Origin: Octopus vulgaris
Lineage: Eukaryota
Assembly: GCA_951406725.2 (NCBI GenBank)
Contig: OX597819.1
Location: 31,000,001 to 31,064,000 of the forward strand
Direction: 5' to 3'
Length of the DNA stretch: 64,000 bases
The notes beneath the pieces were generated by a model, which worked only from the letters and a program-made list of their open reading frames with translations, ran no database searches and had not been told where the DNA came from. A program made the position numbers and the translations under genes. Below, in pieces: positions 1 through 12,770 of the stretch. The first letter of the stretch is position 1; every line of letters starts with the position of its first letter.

Positions 1-328
1 ATTGTACAGTGTTTATAATTTTACAACAATGACAATATAGTTCATTGTTACTATATGTCCTGCTGACATAGTACTTTCAAACAACACGAGTGAGCATAAA
101 GTTATATTAATACTTCTGAGATTCTACTGTTAATATATACAAACCTTAAATAACTAACATCTGGCCACATTTATCACTTTAATCATTATGAACCTACATT
201 TCTATCCGGGGTGAAAGTTATGTTTTTTCATAATTTATTTGTATTTATTTTCCTTGTTTTTTTTTAATTATTATTTTTATTCTATTCCAAATATAAATGG
301 TAGCTTACATAATCTTTGTCATCTTTAT

Positions 329-371
<43 letters not shown>

Positions 372-619
372 CATCATCAAATGATTCATTCCACATATTG
401 ACTAACATATATATTCTAGACCAGACATAATTGTGTAAATGTGGCATGGCACCGTCATCAGAAGTTTACTTCCCAAGCACATGGTTTCCAGTTCAGTCCC
501 ACTGTGTGACACTTTGGGCAAATGTCTTCCACTACAGATTCCCAAGGCTATGGTAGAAGATGGAAACTGAAAAGAATCCCATCATATCTTTTATCTGCTT
601 CAGTCATTAGTCTGTAGCT

Positions 620-2092
620 AATGCTTTTCAGGCAGTTTATAATGTAGTTCTCCTTCAAAACTCACGAAAGGTCAGATTTGTATTTTCAGTGATGTCAAAA
701 CACTAACAAAACAGGTGCTTGGTATACAATTTCATAAAATTAGAAGTCATCTGCTGGTCCATGGGCTGCAAGATAGGGGTGGTATTTTGTGGAAGGTACA
801 AAACTTTATGGATTTAAATTGGTCCAGGATATCATCTTAGAAATTAGGAGGGTAAGCAGAAGCATTGTCAAGGGTGAGAAGGGCCTTGAGAGGAAGACTG
901 TTCTCCAAAAGGTACTTTTTCACTGCTGGTCCAAAGACAAGGTTGATCCACTTGGAGAAGAATTGCCTAGTGACCCAGGCCATAACATTTTGCCCTCTAC
1001 ATGACCTGCAGCTTCTCCTTCAGGATTTTGTATGACTTCAACACTCATAGGTTTTTGGAATGCTAGGCAAGAAGCGGCTTAATCTGCAAGTCTCCACTCA
1101 CATTGGCACACAGGGCGAAAGTTAGCTTATCTTTCATAGGTTTGTGGCCTGGCATCTTCTCCTCTGAAGTTATATAAGTTCTTCAGGGAATTTTTTTACC
1201 AAAAAGGACAGTTTCATCACAGTTGAATACCTGTGGTGTGATGTACCCCTTGGCTGTGATGAGCTGATGGAATTCATGCATGAAATCTTCAGCTGCCTTT
1301 GAGTCAGAACTCACCACTTCATACCTGACAACGCTATGAACACCGGTTGTCTTCTTGAAATTATCAAACCAGTCGCGACTGGCCTTAAACACATCTGCTA
1401 ATGTCTCCTCTGTCGATGTTCCAGGATTCTGCTTCAGGAGATCCCCATACAGCGCTTGTTCTTTCTTGCAGATGATGGTCTCTGTAATCATATCCCCTGT
1501 GAGTTGCTTCTCGTTGATCTACGAGAGAAGCAATTTTTCCATTCTTTTGTGAACAGATGTGCATTGCTTAGAGAACCTGGAGACAACCTTTGCTGCTGTA
1601 ACAGCCTTGATCGCATCCTTTTTCTTTAGGATGGTGCAGATTGTTGATGTGCTTCTGTCATATTGATGTACTAAGTCCACTACACATACTCCTCTCCCAT
1701 GTTTATCAATAATTTCCTTCTTCAATTCTATCGTAATCAGTTTTATTCTTCTTCTCATCACTGTCCTTTGCACTAACCTTCTTAGGACCCATGGCTAAAC
1801 ACAACTAATTCTTATAAAATAATAACAAAAAAATGCACAAAACTAAACAAAAACACTGGGAAAAACACAACAGAGATGCTGCCACAATGAGATAAACACA
1901 TGAAGTGAGCAAGCAGAGGCTGTGCTTGTTGGGAGAGTGTGTGCAAGCTCAGCACCAACTGGCGTTTGCCTGTATGAAACTCACTCATACTGTAAGTTTC
2001 TGCTCATACTTCAAGACAAAAATTCGCACAAGCCTCGGCTCATGCAGCAAATTACTCAGTCAAAGATGCGCTCATATTGCGAGGTTCTGCTG
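620..2092 (-). mobile_element. Decayed Tigger/pogo DNA transposon, 3' end lost
   Basis: Minus-strand 5' end reads TA|CAGCAGAACCTCGCAATATGAGC, a Tigger-type TIR next to TA at 2093-2094, followed by a transposase remnant. Confidence 0.85.
640..1792 (-). pseudogene. Tigger/pogo (CENP-B-like HTH + DDE_1) transposase pseudogene
   Basis: ATG at 1792 (MGPKKVSAKD), then ITIELKKEIIDKH..STICTILKKK, FKASRDWFDNFKK, QVFNCDET, PGHKPMKDKLT, ALLTLDNASAYP and PQNTTPILQPMDQQ. Multiple stops and frameshifts. Confidence 0.92.
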
Positions 2093-2172
2093 TATTTATG
2101 AGGATTAGTACCTATAAGTTAAATTCTTGTGGACATCACTAAAGAACACAAGGACTTATATAATCATATTAT

Positions 2173-2389
2173 GTGGTTGGCGTTAGGAAGAGCATCCCCG
2201 TGCCGGTGGCACGTAAAAAGCACCCACTTCACTCTCGGAGTGGTTGGCGTTAGGAAGGGCATCCAGCTGTAGAAACTCTGCCAGATCAAGATTGGAGCCT
2301 GGTGCAGCCATCTGGCTTGCCAGCCCTCAGTCAAATCGTCCAACCCATGCTAGCATAGAAAGCGGACGTTAAACGATGATGATGATGAT
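2173..2389 (+). mobile_element. 3' part of (GAT)n-tailed SINE-like retroposon (RTE-associated family)
   Basis: GGTTGGCGTTAGGAAGGGCATCCAGCTGTAGAAAC...CCAACCCATGCTAGCAT...GTTAAAC(GAT)n; more than ten related copies in this window. Confidence 0.85.
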
Positions 2390-2992
2390 TTGACCTTGGC
2401 ACATCATTAGTCATGATTCTGCTCTAAGGGGAAATACAATGTCCTACTCATATTTTAATTCCAGCTTTTTTTTTGGGGGGGGGGGAATATATTTAAAATA
2501 TAAGTACTGTTTGCATATTTTATTTCTAGGAAAATAAAACTCTCTCAACATATGGTACTCCCCCCCCCCGCTCACCAACTACAATGCCTCCTTGACACCT
2601 GCTGTCCTCTGAGCTTACAATGCCTCCAAGGGACTTATGTTACCACTCAGTTTAAGAATCACTGACTAAGAAAGACTGTTAAAACTTACTCATCTCTCCT
2701 CCTCCTCTTGATACTCATATTGTATCTGTTCCTTCCCTACTCCACAATCTACACTACTCATTAATCCAATCCTTCTTTCCCAGATCATCATCCCTCTGTA
2801 CTCCCCTCCTTGACCGTGTTATTTTCTACAGTCATCAACTTGTAGTGGATCAAAATGAACATTATCAGCTTTGAATAAATTAGTCACACAAAGAAGAGTG
2901 AAATAAAATATACTCATGTAAAGTCAGATCTATCACATCTAAGTGCAATCTGACATGAGAAGACCATCATCATCATTAACATCATCCTTTAA

Positions 2993-3213
2993 CCCTTTCG
3001 TTACCAACCCGGCTAAAACTGGCTCTGGCTCTGCAGTACAAATGTCTTGTTTTCATAAATTTTGAATTAAAATCTTCCACCAAATTTTAGTCACAATTTA
3101 TGTTCCTAATACTAGCTTAATGATAATAAAGTTATTTTACTAAATTCTTTGTTACATCTAAAATAATTGAAAGAAACACAGAGCATCTCAAAATAAATAC
3201 GGTAACGAAAGGG
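2993..3213. mobile_element. TTAA-inserting (piggyBac-like) MITE nested in a SINE
   Basis: TTAA|CCCTTTCGTTACC...GGTAACGAAAGGG|TTAA: perfect 13-bp TIRs with duplicated TTAA, splitting a (GAT)n-tailed SINE near its tail. Confidence 0.9.
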
Positions 3214-3720
3214 TTAACGTCTGTTTTCCATGCTGGCATGGGTTCGATGGTTTGATCAGAGCTGGTAAGCTGAAGAGCTGCACCAGGTTCCAGTATGATT
3301 TGTCTTAGTTTCTACAGCTGGATACCCTTCCTAACACCAGCCACTTTATAGTGTGTGCTGCGTACTTTGAATATGGCAGTGGCATGAGCACTTTTATGTA
3401 GTACCAGCAAAGGACTCTTGCATGCCAATCCTCTTCAGGCAGTAGAAAATTCTATTCCTAGAAATGTGTAAAAACACATACTGAGCTGTGAATGATGCCA
3501 CTGGATTATAGGCCACATGCATTCCTGCATTCTTTCACATCATCAACTACAAACACAAAGCAGCATTAAATAATATATATTGGATCTTTACCTTTTAATC
3601 GGCAGATTTAAAAAATAATTTTTTGTAAATAAACACTTTCAAACTTCGTGTACTGGTAGAATGTGTCATATAAAACATCGTTTACTCTTAGCATTTTTGA
3701 GAAAAACATATATTTACAAA

Positions 3721-4008
3721 AACAATTGCAGCATGGAAGGTGTTTGTAAGCCATTTAAGAAACACACAAAAACCGTTAGATTCACTTCAACATTTAAATT
3801 TAATTTGTCAAAATAATTTCGTCGCTTTGAGACTGCGACCTGTTCACAGACAAAACTTCATGCAGCACGGAGTTTTGTCAGTGAACAAGTCGCGGTCTCA
3901 AAGCGACGAAAATATTTTGACAAATTAAATTTAAATGTTGAAGTGAATCTAACGTTTTTTTGTGTGTTTCTTAAATGGCTTATAAACACCTTCCATGTTG
4001 CAATTGTT
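3721..4008. repeat. About 290-bp near-perfect fold-back element (Penelope pseudo-LTR-like inverted pair)
   Basis: Arms AACAATTGCAGCATGGAAGGTG... and ...CACCTTCCATGTTGCAATTGTT mirror each other around ~3864; each arm carries a hammerhead-like motif. Confidence 0.85.
3874..3924 (+). ncRNA. Minimal type I hammerhead-like motif with variant G3/C8 core
   Basis: Stem I TTTGTCA/TGACAAA; core GTGAACA (consensus CUGANGA); extra A; stem II GTCGC/GCGAC; GAAA; palindromic ATAT loop; U16.1 and U17. A mirror copy lies on the minus strand at ~3803-3854. Confidence 0.6.
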
Positions 4009-4094
4009 ATATACTTTTCTCTTTTAACTAATTTCAGTCATAGGACTGTAACCATCCACAGACATCACATTCAAGAATTTATTTGATCATATTG

Positions 4095-4307
4095 GTTACA
4101 AATTTTGGCACAAGACTAGCAGTTTTGGGAGAGAGGATAAATCAATTACATTAACTCCAATATTCAACTGCTACTTATTTTATCAACCCCAAAAGGATGA
4201 AAGACAAAGTCAACCTTGGTGGAATTTGAACTCAAAACATGAAGACAGATGAAATGCTACTAAGCGTTTTGCCCAGTGTGCTAATGATTCTGCCAGCTCA
4301 CCACCTT
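4095..4307 (-). mobile_element. tRNA-related SINE with Meta-like central domain (diverged copy)
   Basis: Reverse complement contains GTTGACTTTGTCTTTCATCCTTTTGGGGTTGATAAAATAAGT, matching the family core; many copies in window. Confidence 0.8.
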
Positions 4308-4609
4308 AATTTAGTTGATACTTCAGTCAAGTACTTATTTTATCAATCCCTGTTTGTTGAAAAGCTATATTATGGGACATAAAGTAACATGGCATAAATC
4401 ACAAACACACACACATGACAGGCCAGGCTTCTGTACAGTTTCCATCTAGTAAATTTCACTCACAAACTCAAGATTATGGGAGAAGATATTTGTTCAAAGA
4501 ACCACACAACAGGATTGAACTCCATGGTTTAGAAGTAATCTTCTTAACCACTATCACCAACCACATGCCTGTGGTCATATGTAGTAACAGTGTAACAGAA
4601 TAGATTCTT

Positions 4610-4825
4610 TGCGGATAGAGTTGAAGCTGTTTGAGTTTACATCAAAGACATGGTTCTGCGTGGTCAAACAGATACAAGAAAAGTATTTGTAACAAACAAA
4701 AACCTTCTTTGCATTTGTTAACTTTGAGGAATGTTTTGATAGATTACCTACATTCCTACATATGATGGGAGTGAAGAAAACTGGGCGTGGACGAATCATT
4801 CATGAGAGTAATTCAAGCTGTAAAA
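4610..4825 (+). pseudogene. Degenerate RTE-type LINE reverse transcriptase fragment
   Basis: Reads CVVKQIQEKYL*QTKTFFAFVNFEECFDRLP, then after a frameshift I*WE*RKLGVDESFMRVIQAV, matching the LINE RT pattern RQLQEK..FVDLEKAFDRVP..RKLGV. Confidence 0.75.
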
Positions 4826-4921
4826 AAGGTACTAAAAATAGCATTGAGGATTTTTAAGTACGGGTGCTTGCCAAGAAGACAGTGTTTTTTATTCTTCTCT
4901 TTTCACTCTCTCCACTTCTAG

Positions 4922-5059
4922 GTCATTACAAACATGTTCAGGACCGATACAAGCAGTCAAGAAATGAGATATTTCCAAAACATAACAATGGATCTTCTTT
5001 TCATATGTTAATGGCAGAAAATAATGTATCTGATTGTAACATACCATCAATGAGAAAAG
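4922..5059 (+). CDS. Candidate isolated 138-nt symmetric phase-1 exon, product unknown
   Basis: Long pyrimidine tract ending CTAG at 4921; open frame HYKHVQDRYKQSRNEIFPKHNNGSSFHMLMAENNVSDCNIPSMRK; AAG|GTATTA donor. No partner exons or homology recognised. Confidence 0.25.
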
Positions 5060-5306
5060 GTATTAGGCCGTTAAAGAAAAAGAAAAGACAAATATTATTA
5101 TAAACCCTTATCAAGTGTTAGTGACACACACATAAAAGTACACATCAACGATAACTGTCGTATACTGTGAATAAGTGATGGTACCCTTACCAGGTAGGTG
5201 TGTTTGTATCACAGAATAACTCAACAAAAGCTTAACACAAGTGAAGTAAAAGTGATGGAATATTGAACACAAGATCAGAGTTTCAAGCCCTATCACCACC
5301 AACACA

Positions 5307-5337
<31 letters not shown>

Positions 5338-5545
5338 TAAAGTGTTGTGCTGTGTCCCTGTAAAAAGCAGTTTATACAATGTGCTTCAATTTGCCTAAAT
5401 TATTGATGCTAGTTCTTGCTTTATGGATGAGTGACTATCAGTTTCAAGGACATCCAGCAGTAGAAAGGTTCTAACATCATGCACAATATCAAAATATATG
5501 ATGCATCATAGCATAAAAAAAAAATCAATGCACAATAATGGCAAA

Positions 5546-5594
<49 letters not shown>

Positions 5595-6139
5595 GCACAG
5601 GAGTGGCTGTGTGGGGATCTAGTCTTTTTCATTTGCAAAATGATCCCCCTTTAATTTTGCTCAGATTGCTAACAATTTTGGTGTATTAATGCAACTTTGA
5701 ATTTTGATAACGATCAACCAGTTACTTTATCTTGTAAATTAAAGAATCTGATGTTATTTGGAATTAAAGTTGGGAAATTCGGGTAATTTTTAGCCAATCA
5801 AAAGACAGTGAGACATTAGTAGCTTGTTTGTGTACATTGTGTTGGGTTTTGCCCGCATGTTGTATTAATTCTTCACACCACGAAATTTACTTCACCTGCA
5901 TGTTTTGTTTCAATAAAAATTTATATTTATCAATTAGAATTTTATTATAAATATTTTTTGTCAATTGTCTTAATATTTTACATTTGTAGCAAAAGTTGTT
6001 TGTGATGTTTATACAGTTTCTTGGTATTATGAAGGTGACAGACAGACAGAGGAGTGAACACAGGAAAAAAAAAATAACCTTTATCACATTTGGTAGGTAT
6101 TACATATATCTTTTTAATAAGAGTTTGAAACACCTCCAC

Positions 6140-7540
6140 ATGACTTAACATTTCATGAGCATGAAGGATGTGCTTATCTCATTACATGTTAGAAGTTTTG
6201 CAAGAGTTTTGCAAGAAATTCAAGAGGGCTTCTCAGTATTAAGCTTCTATAGGTCAACTTGGGTCATGTGGTATTCATACTATGAAAGGGACACCAACCA
6301 TTTTTTGTTTTCAGTCCTACAATTTCAAACAGGATGTTGGTCAGATTATGGTGCTATATTGGTAGCTGACCATGGAATAGGGTATACTGTAGGGTGGGAT
6401 GTTTGTGTGAGTCATCATTCACTGGAGTGTGAACAGATTAGCAGTGGCTTTCTATACAAGGGAATTACCAAATATGATGGTATTGGGTTAGAACTGAGTT
6501 TGCAGAACCAACATGAGTAGGTTGTAGTTTATATAGGTAGCCAGGATTAAATGTCCTACCCTTGTGTGTAGTAGACAGTGAGGGGTAATATGATACACCT
6601 GGATTGTCAGGTATCAGTGACTTGAAATTCATTAACAGTACATATCCCTGGTGGCAATGATAAGATAGTTCTTCCTGATAATAGCTCATTCTTCCTGCAC
6701 ATACTCTATCAACTGCAAATTGGTGGACTATGTGCAATTTCGGATCTTTTCAGTTTGAACAGTAGTTTAACATAATTTCTAGGTGACTAAAAATTTTAAA
6801 CTTCGTATACTGGTAGAATGTGTTTATAAAACATCTTTTTCTCTTGGCTTTATTGAGAAAATTCTATAGTTTGTAAGATATTTGTTGTTTTTTTCTTCAA
6901 TTTCTGCAATTTCAACCAATCAAATACGTCTATTGAGGTGAAAACATTCTGTGCCGTATGAATATGTCCCTCGTTTAAGAAACAGATTGGATTTATTTAC
7001 ATTTGTGAAGAAAAAAAGATACCCTTCCCCCCCCCCTAACCTTAACCCTAAAACAGATTGAAATGCAATAGATCGATACTAGGGTCATAATTATGGGTGA
7101 CAATTTCATATGACACGGCTAGAAAAAACTGCCGTTCAAACCGAAAAGATCCACAATTTCTTGCAAGACAGAATTAGCAATTGTAAGCTCTAGGTGGGTA
7201 CAGAAGGGTCCCTGTCAATGATATTCCATCTGAAGTGGAGAAATTGTTTCAATGTTCATAGCATCTTCAGGTGAAGCAGGACAAGGAAATGGTGTTTTCG
7301 TTATCTCTACACCTAAAAGGCTACATATGCTGTGTATATCTTCCCTTAAAATTATTGGCCATCATACCTGTGTTATGTCTTGTGATGCCATCTGCCTTTG
7401 AAAGGCAGGATCTTCCCAATGGGCAGTTGATAGGATTTCAACAGTTACAGCTGAGTTTGTTGCAAACTCAGCTGTTTGCCTCACACCAGTCTCAGAGATT
7501 CTGTAAAGGGCTACAGGCACTGCTATTTCTCTCTGACTAA
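6140..7540 (-). mobile_element. Penelope-like retroelement remnant (GIY-YIG endonuclease region plus 3' sequence), split by a MITE
   Basis: Minus-strand pieces CNC*NPINCPLGRSCLSK, GMMANN..GRYTQH..FRCRDNENTISLSCF, FRWNIIDR, C*FCL.EKLHI and RKNELLS follow the Penelope endonuclease motif order across frameshifts. Confidence 0.75.
6742..7152. mobile_element. GG-ended MITE with 8-bp TSD and telomere-like core (copy 1)
   Basis: TIRs GGATCTTTTCAGTTTGAAC / GTTCAAACCGAAAAGATCC; TSD GCAATTTC/ACAATTTC; internal CCCTAACCTTAACCCTAA. Confidence 0.9.
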
Positions 7541-8286
7541 GCAATAAAAAAAAAACGTAGTCCTAGAAAAAGATAGGATGGTTATGGCTGGTATGTCTTT
7601 GGTCATAGATCTCCTAGATCAAAATGGATATGTATCTAAACAACAACTGATAAAGTTAATCTCAGAGCATTTTAAAGTTAAAACAGTGAATTATGAGAAA
7701 GAATGACATTAAGCACTTAGTTTGTTTTAGATATCATCTCTACAAAATTCATTGCTACAATTCAAGAACAATGTAATGATGGACTGTTACTGCTGCTTCT
7801 GTTATTTATATCAGCTCTCTCTCTCTCTCCATTTCAATGTAAAACCCTTGATCTCTTTAGAAGCTCCAGAATTGGTGGGAGGATGGGAGAAAGTTATCTT
7901 CAGACAGAAAACCTGTTTGCAACAGTATGAAGTCTGCTAAAGGTACCTATATGGGTTAGATAACATTGTTAAACTATGTGAAAGATAAAATATATTATCC
8001 AGAAAGATGAAGAGTCTCTCCAGTAGACTTTCACATGTTTTTTGTCTAACAAATTTCACTGAAAAAGCTTTGGTCAATCCAAAGATATGATTTCTCAAGC
8101 TATCATGCAGTTGAATCAATCTTGAAACCACAAGTTGTGATGGAAATTTATAAAAGACAGCTCATAATGAATAGTAATGGATACAGAGAGACTGTTTCAT
8201 AGACATATCCAACCCATGCTGGCATTTCAAAAAAAGAAACAAATTATTGTTAAAACAGTGGTAGGGAGTTGCAGGGGATGGTGATA

Positions 8287-8514
8287 GGCGAGCTGGCAGA
8301 AACGTTAGCACATCGGGCAAAATGCTTAGCGGTATTTCGGCTGCCGTTACGTTGTGAGTTCAAATTCCACCGAGGTCGACTTTGCCTTTCATCCTTTTGG
8401 GGTCGATAAATTAAGTACCAGTTACGCACTGGGGTCGATGTAATCGACTTAATCCATTTGTCTGTCCTTGTTTGTCCCCTCTGTGTTTAGCCCCTTGTGG
8501 GTAGTAAAGAAATA
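8287..8514 (+). mobile_element. Near full-length SINE with Meta-like domain
   Basis: GGCGAGCTGGCAGAAACGTTAGCA head, GAGTTCAAATTCC B-box-like motif, GCCTTTCATCCTTTTGGGGTCGAT core, GTAAAGAAATA end. Confidence 0.88.
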
Positions 8515-9207
8515 GGTAATAGGTGTTGTGGTGGTGGTAGTATTAGTAGTGGTGGTCATGAATCAAACATCTTGTAGAGTAATTTCAATCGTTGTACTTA
8601 TTGACCAACAGTATGATTTGCAATACAGAACACAACCTGAGAGTCACAATAGACTGACTGGCTACCACAAACTAGTCTAATACAGATTAATTCCTCTAAC
8701 CGTATCTTTTACAAAAAAAAAAGTTTAAAGTTGTCATCAGGCTTACCTAGAAATTATTTACAGCTAGCAACATGCCAGATGGCATGGGGCCAATTGGGTT
8801 GTCACAAGATTTATGACCAGCAGAGTGTTGTTATAAAACACATACTCACATATATAAGTCAGTCAGTGGATTATATAAACAAATACTGATTGTAAAATAT
8901 ATATAGTAGTGTCATTCATAGGGTTATTCATGAATAACTTTCAGGATCCAGCATGCAAATGCCAAACAATGTGAAAAGCTTGATTATATCTAAACAGAAA
9001 GGAGCCCAAATAATAGACACATAGGTTCATTCATGTCTGTGTGGTTGAGAAGTTTGCTTCCCAATCATGTGGTCTTGGGTTCAGTCCTACAGCACAGCAC
9101 CTTGGGCAAGTGTCTTTTACTATAACCCAAAGCCTTGACCAAAGCCTTGCGAGTGGATTTGGTAGATGGAAATTGAAAGAAGCCCACTGTGTGTGTGTGT
9201 GTGTCTG

Positions 9208-9258
<51 letters not shown>

Positions 9259-9729
9259 TCATCATCATTTAATGTTCCTTTCCTCCATGCTGTCATGAGT
9301 TGGACAGTTTGACAGGAACTAATGAATCAGAAGGCAGCACCAAATTCTAATGCCTGCTTTGGCTTGGTTTCTACAGGTGGATGCCCTTCCTAATGCCAAT
9401 CACTTTACAGAGTGTACTGGGTGTTTTTTGTGATACCAGCACTGGTGAGGTCATCAAGTACTCAATACAAAATTCCCTGAACTGAGCAGGGTATAGAATG
9501 GCAAGATAAGAAACTAAGATAGAGGGGCAAGAGCAGGAATTTTGCTGAAGAGGTGAATACATGGCTCACCCATCCCAAGAAAGAGATGTTAGGTCAAGGA
9601 ACAAGGTGAATATGAGACAATAGGATAGAAGAGCAGTAAAGGATGTGTAGGGAAGTACACTGAGAGAGAAAAGTGTGACTGGTGATAAGAGACAGGGAAT
9701 GAGTTGGATGCAGAGGGGAGATGAAGGAG

Positions 9730-10023
9730 ATTTGGTAACCTTTCATAATAGCACTATCATACCTCTTTCTTTTCAGAATAACTAAGTGCAAGCATGGCAT
9801 TACCTTCCACGCATACTCTTTTACTCGTTTCAGTCATTTGACTGCAGCCATGCTGGAGCAACGCCATTAATCGAGCAAATCGACCCCAGGACTTATTCTT
9901 TGTAAGCCTAGTACTTATTCTATTGGTCTCTTTTGCCGAACGGCTAAGTTACGGGGATGTAAACACACCAGCATCTGCTGTCAAGTGATGTTGGGGGGAC
10001 AAACACAGACACACAAACATATG

Positions 10024-10071
<48 letters not shown>

Positions 10072-10467
10072 TACGACGGGCTTCTTTCAGTTTCTGTCTA
10101 CCAAATCCACTCACAAGGCTTTGGTCGGCCCGAGGCTATAGTAGAAGACATTTGCCCAAGGTGCTACGCAGTGGGACTGAACCCGGAAACATGTAGTTTG
10201 TAAGTAAGCTACTTATCACACAGCCACTCCTATGCCTATATACACTTCTCTCCTACAACATCTCAATTTTCTCTAATAGACTACCTTTGCAATGTGGGAC
10301 ACCTAATGCCATTGGTCATCACACTGTAGAACATTGGCAAACTCCTTCTTTTCTGCTTCTCTCATTGTTAAATGGACTTGACTCTTAATTTCTCTTCTAG
10401 CTACCTGGTAAAGTTCTCTGCTACCCTCATTCTTCCAAACCTTCCAAGCCTGCCTCTTTGCTTTTAT
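9730..10467 (-). pseudogene. RTE-type LINE endonuclease-RT linker fragment interrupted by a SINE
   Basis: IKAKRQAWKVWKNEGSRELYQVARREIKSQVHL..EAEKKEFANVL..DVVGEKCI, continuing beyond the SINE as LALSYSEKKEV**CYYERL. Confidence 0.8.
9815..10237 (-). mobile_element. Full-length tRNA-derived SINE with CORE-like domain (dominant family)
   Basis: Head GGCATAGGAGTGGCTGTG, GGTTCAGTCCC B box, CCTTGGGCAA CORE-like segment, central TA/TG microsatellite, GAGTAAAA tail. Confidence 0.9.
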
Positions 10468-10497
10468 CTATATCATATATATATATATATATATATA

Positions 10498-10770
10498 CTG
10501 TAAATCCTCGAGTATAATCCGCATTTTTTCCCCAAAATTTAAAGGTCAAAATCCCTAGTGCGTACTATATACGAGGTTAAAAAGGAAAATTATTTTCTAA
10601 GCAATGTCCGAGTCTCTATTTGCTGTCTGGCAATATTTATTCAGACGCATTTTGTGATGTCAGGCGCGAAAATACCTTAAGCTAAGCCTGAAAGCAATGA
10701 AGTCATAAAAGAATCATCCATAGCTTGCAGTAAGCAACATTTATTAAACGTTATTACTATTATTACTGAA
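10498..10770. mobile_element. One end of a pogo/Tigger-like DNA element
   Basis: TA|CTGTAAATCCTCGAGTATAATCCGCA terminal motif next to a TA array; a similar end occurs at ~30482. Second TIR not found. Confidence 0.5.
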
Positions 10771-11661
10771 TACAATAACAAGTCACTAAAATATTACTAA
10801 TGTCATAACAAAAATCTGGCCATTAACAGGGAAATTAGTTAAACTTGGGATTCTGTTTGATTTGAACCACCGTGAGTTGACCATTCTCTCAGCTACAACA
10901 CTCACCACAGAAATATCAAACATTTTTGGTTTGGTTTTTAGAACAGGAAGGGTATCTAGACATAAAAAGCCAAAAAAAAACGAAACTCATGAAGGAAATG
11001 TAATTTTCAATGTGTTTAGGTGAGCAGCACCCATGAATATGTATGGACTCTGCCAAAGTGACCCATCCAAACTAATGCAGCATGCAAAGTGAATGTAAAA
11101 CAGTAGAGGGAATTTTTGACTAGAAACAAAAACTTTTATTGGAAGCACAATTAATTAAATCAACTCTTATTATATCAAGGTAGTCTAATCCTTTCAATAG
11201 CAATCCATGCAAAACTGATTGTTAAGGTGTTCAAATTTAAATTCTAAACTTGAACTGAATAACAGTTTACTACATGAAATAATGCTCCGTCTCTCTCTTC
11301 TTTTCTCTTTTCCATGCTAGCATGGCTTCAATAGGGATTTGAATGAGAACCAATTTTCAGACAGGATTTTACATTCAGGAGCACATTCTGTTGCCAACCT
11401 TCACCTGTTTTTTTTTTTTTTTTTTTTGAATAAGGGATTTCTTTGTATTCCACAGAATGGCCAGTCATAGTGTCCACAAGGAATTGTAAACACTGCCAAT
11501 GTTTTGCTCAAACAGAAACATACAAAATATTGATGTTCATGCAAATTCATACACATACATATGCGTGTGTGTGAGTGTGTGTGTGTGCATACACACATAT
11601 ATATATGAAAATAGAAAATATTAAAGAATAAAAAAATAATACCTAAATCTCAATCTTCAAC

Positions 11662-11793
<132 letters not shown>

Positions 11794-12005
11794 TAATAGT
11801 TTGATTCAGCTCCCTAAGCTTACAGTTTTGCAGGCTTAGAGAATGAACCTATCTCATCAGTGCCTGGTAGATAGGTTTGTTCTACAAAACTATAAAACTT
11901 CAAATAGCATGGAGCTGAGTCAAACTGTTATTAAATAATGTATATAACTCCTACTAAATGTGTTAAGTGCCACTTTCTTTCATTAGTTCACTCACTTGTA
12001 TGTGT

Positions 12006-12046
<41 letters not shown>

Positions 12047-12730
12047 GTTGCTATAGTTTCTACCTACAAGGCATTGATCAGCACAAGGCTATAATAGAAG
12101 GTGCCTTGCAGAAGGGCTGACCAAACTTATGTGGTTGCAGAGCAAAGTTTCACTAAAAGTTTCAATTTTTAGTCTCCTATTATATTTCCATTCACCTTTA
12201 AGAACCATTATAGGTATATTTAATTGATTTCAGTATTTGACTAGTAATTTGTTTTCCTACTTCAAAGAAATTAAACTCAGAACGTAGTGGTCTATAACTA
12301 GACACTGCAATCATTTTGTTTGATACTTTAATTTTTCTGACAATCCAACACCTTACCTAGTGATTCATCATCATCAAAGGTCCATTTTCTATGCTAGCAT
12401 GGGTTAGGAGGTTTGACAGGATCTAGTGAGCCACAGAGCTGTGTCGAGCTACAATATCAACTTTGGCAAGGTTTCTATGGTTGGATGCCCTTCCTAATGC
12501 CAACAACTTTACTGGCTGTACTGTGTGCTTATTTTCATGCCATCAGTATGAGTTGGGCTACCAGGTAACTAACAAAACGAAAAAGTACAAGTTTCATGCA
12601 TTTGCACTTATCAAACTAAATATTAAAATAGAATTTACTCGTATTCTGAGCTCTGTTTTTCCTGGTTGCATCAACATATATATATGCACACACACAGTTA
12701 AAGAGATACATCATCAGGTAATCATCATAC

Positions 12731-12770
12731 CTGTGGTTTGTAAAAGAACTGACATTTGTTTGTAAGTTTT
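12731..12770 (-). CDS. Candidate 40-nt exon of a minus-strand gene
   Basis: CTATTTTAACAG acceptor and CAG|GTATGA donor; all three frames open (phase 0 reads KTYKQMSVLLQTT); lies in non-repetitive DNA. Confidence 0.35.

Noticed and set aside
4743-4828. Plus-strand exon (LPTFLHMMGVKKTGRGR..) splicing to 4922
   Set aside because: Better explained as a frameshifted LINE reverse transcriptase fragment.
8850-8989. Minus-strand coding exon with GTTTAG acceptor and GTGAGT donor
   Set aside because: Stops in all three frames; at most a non-coding exon, with no further support.
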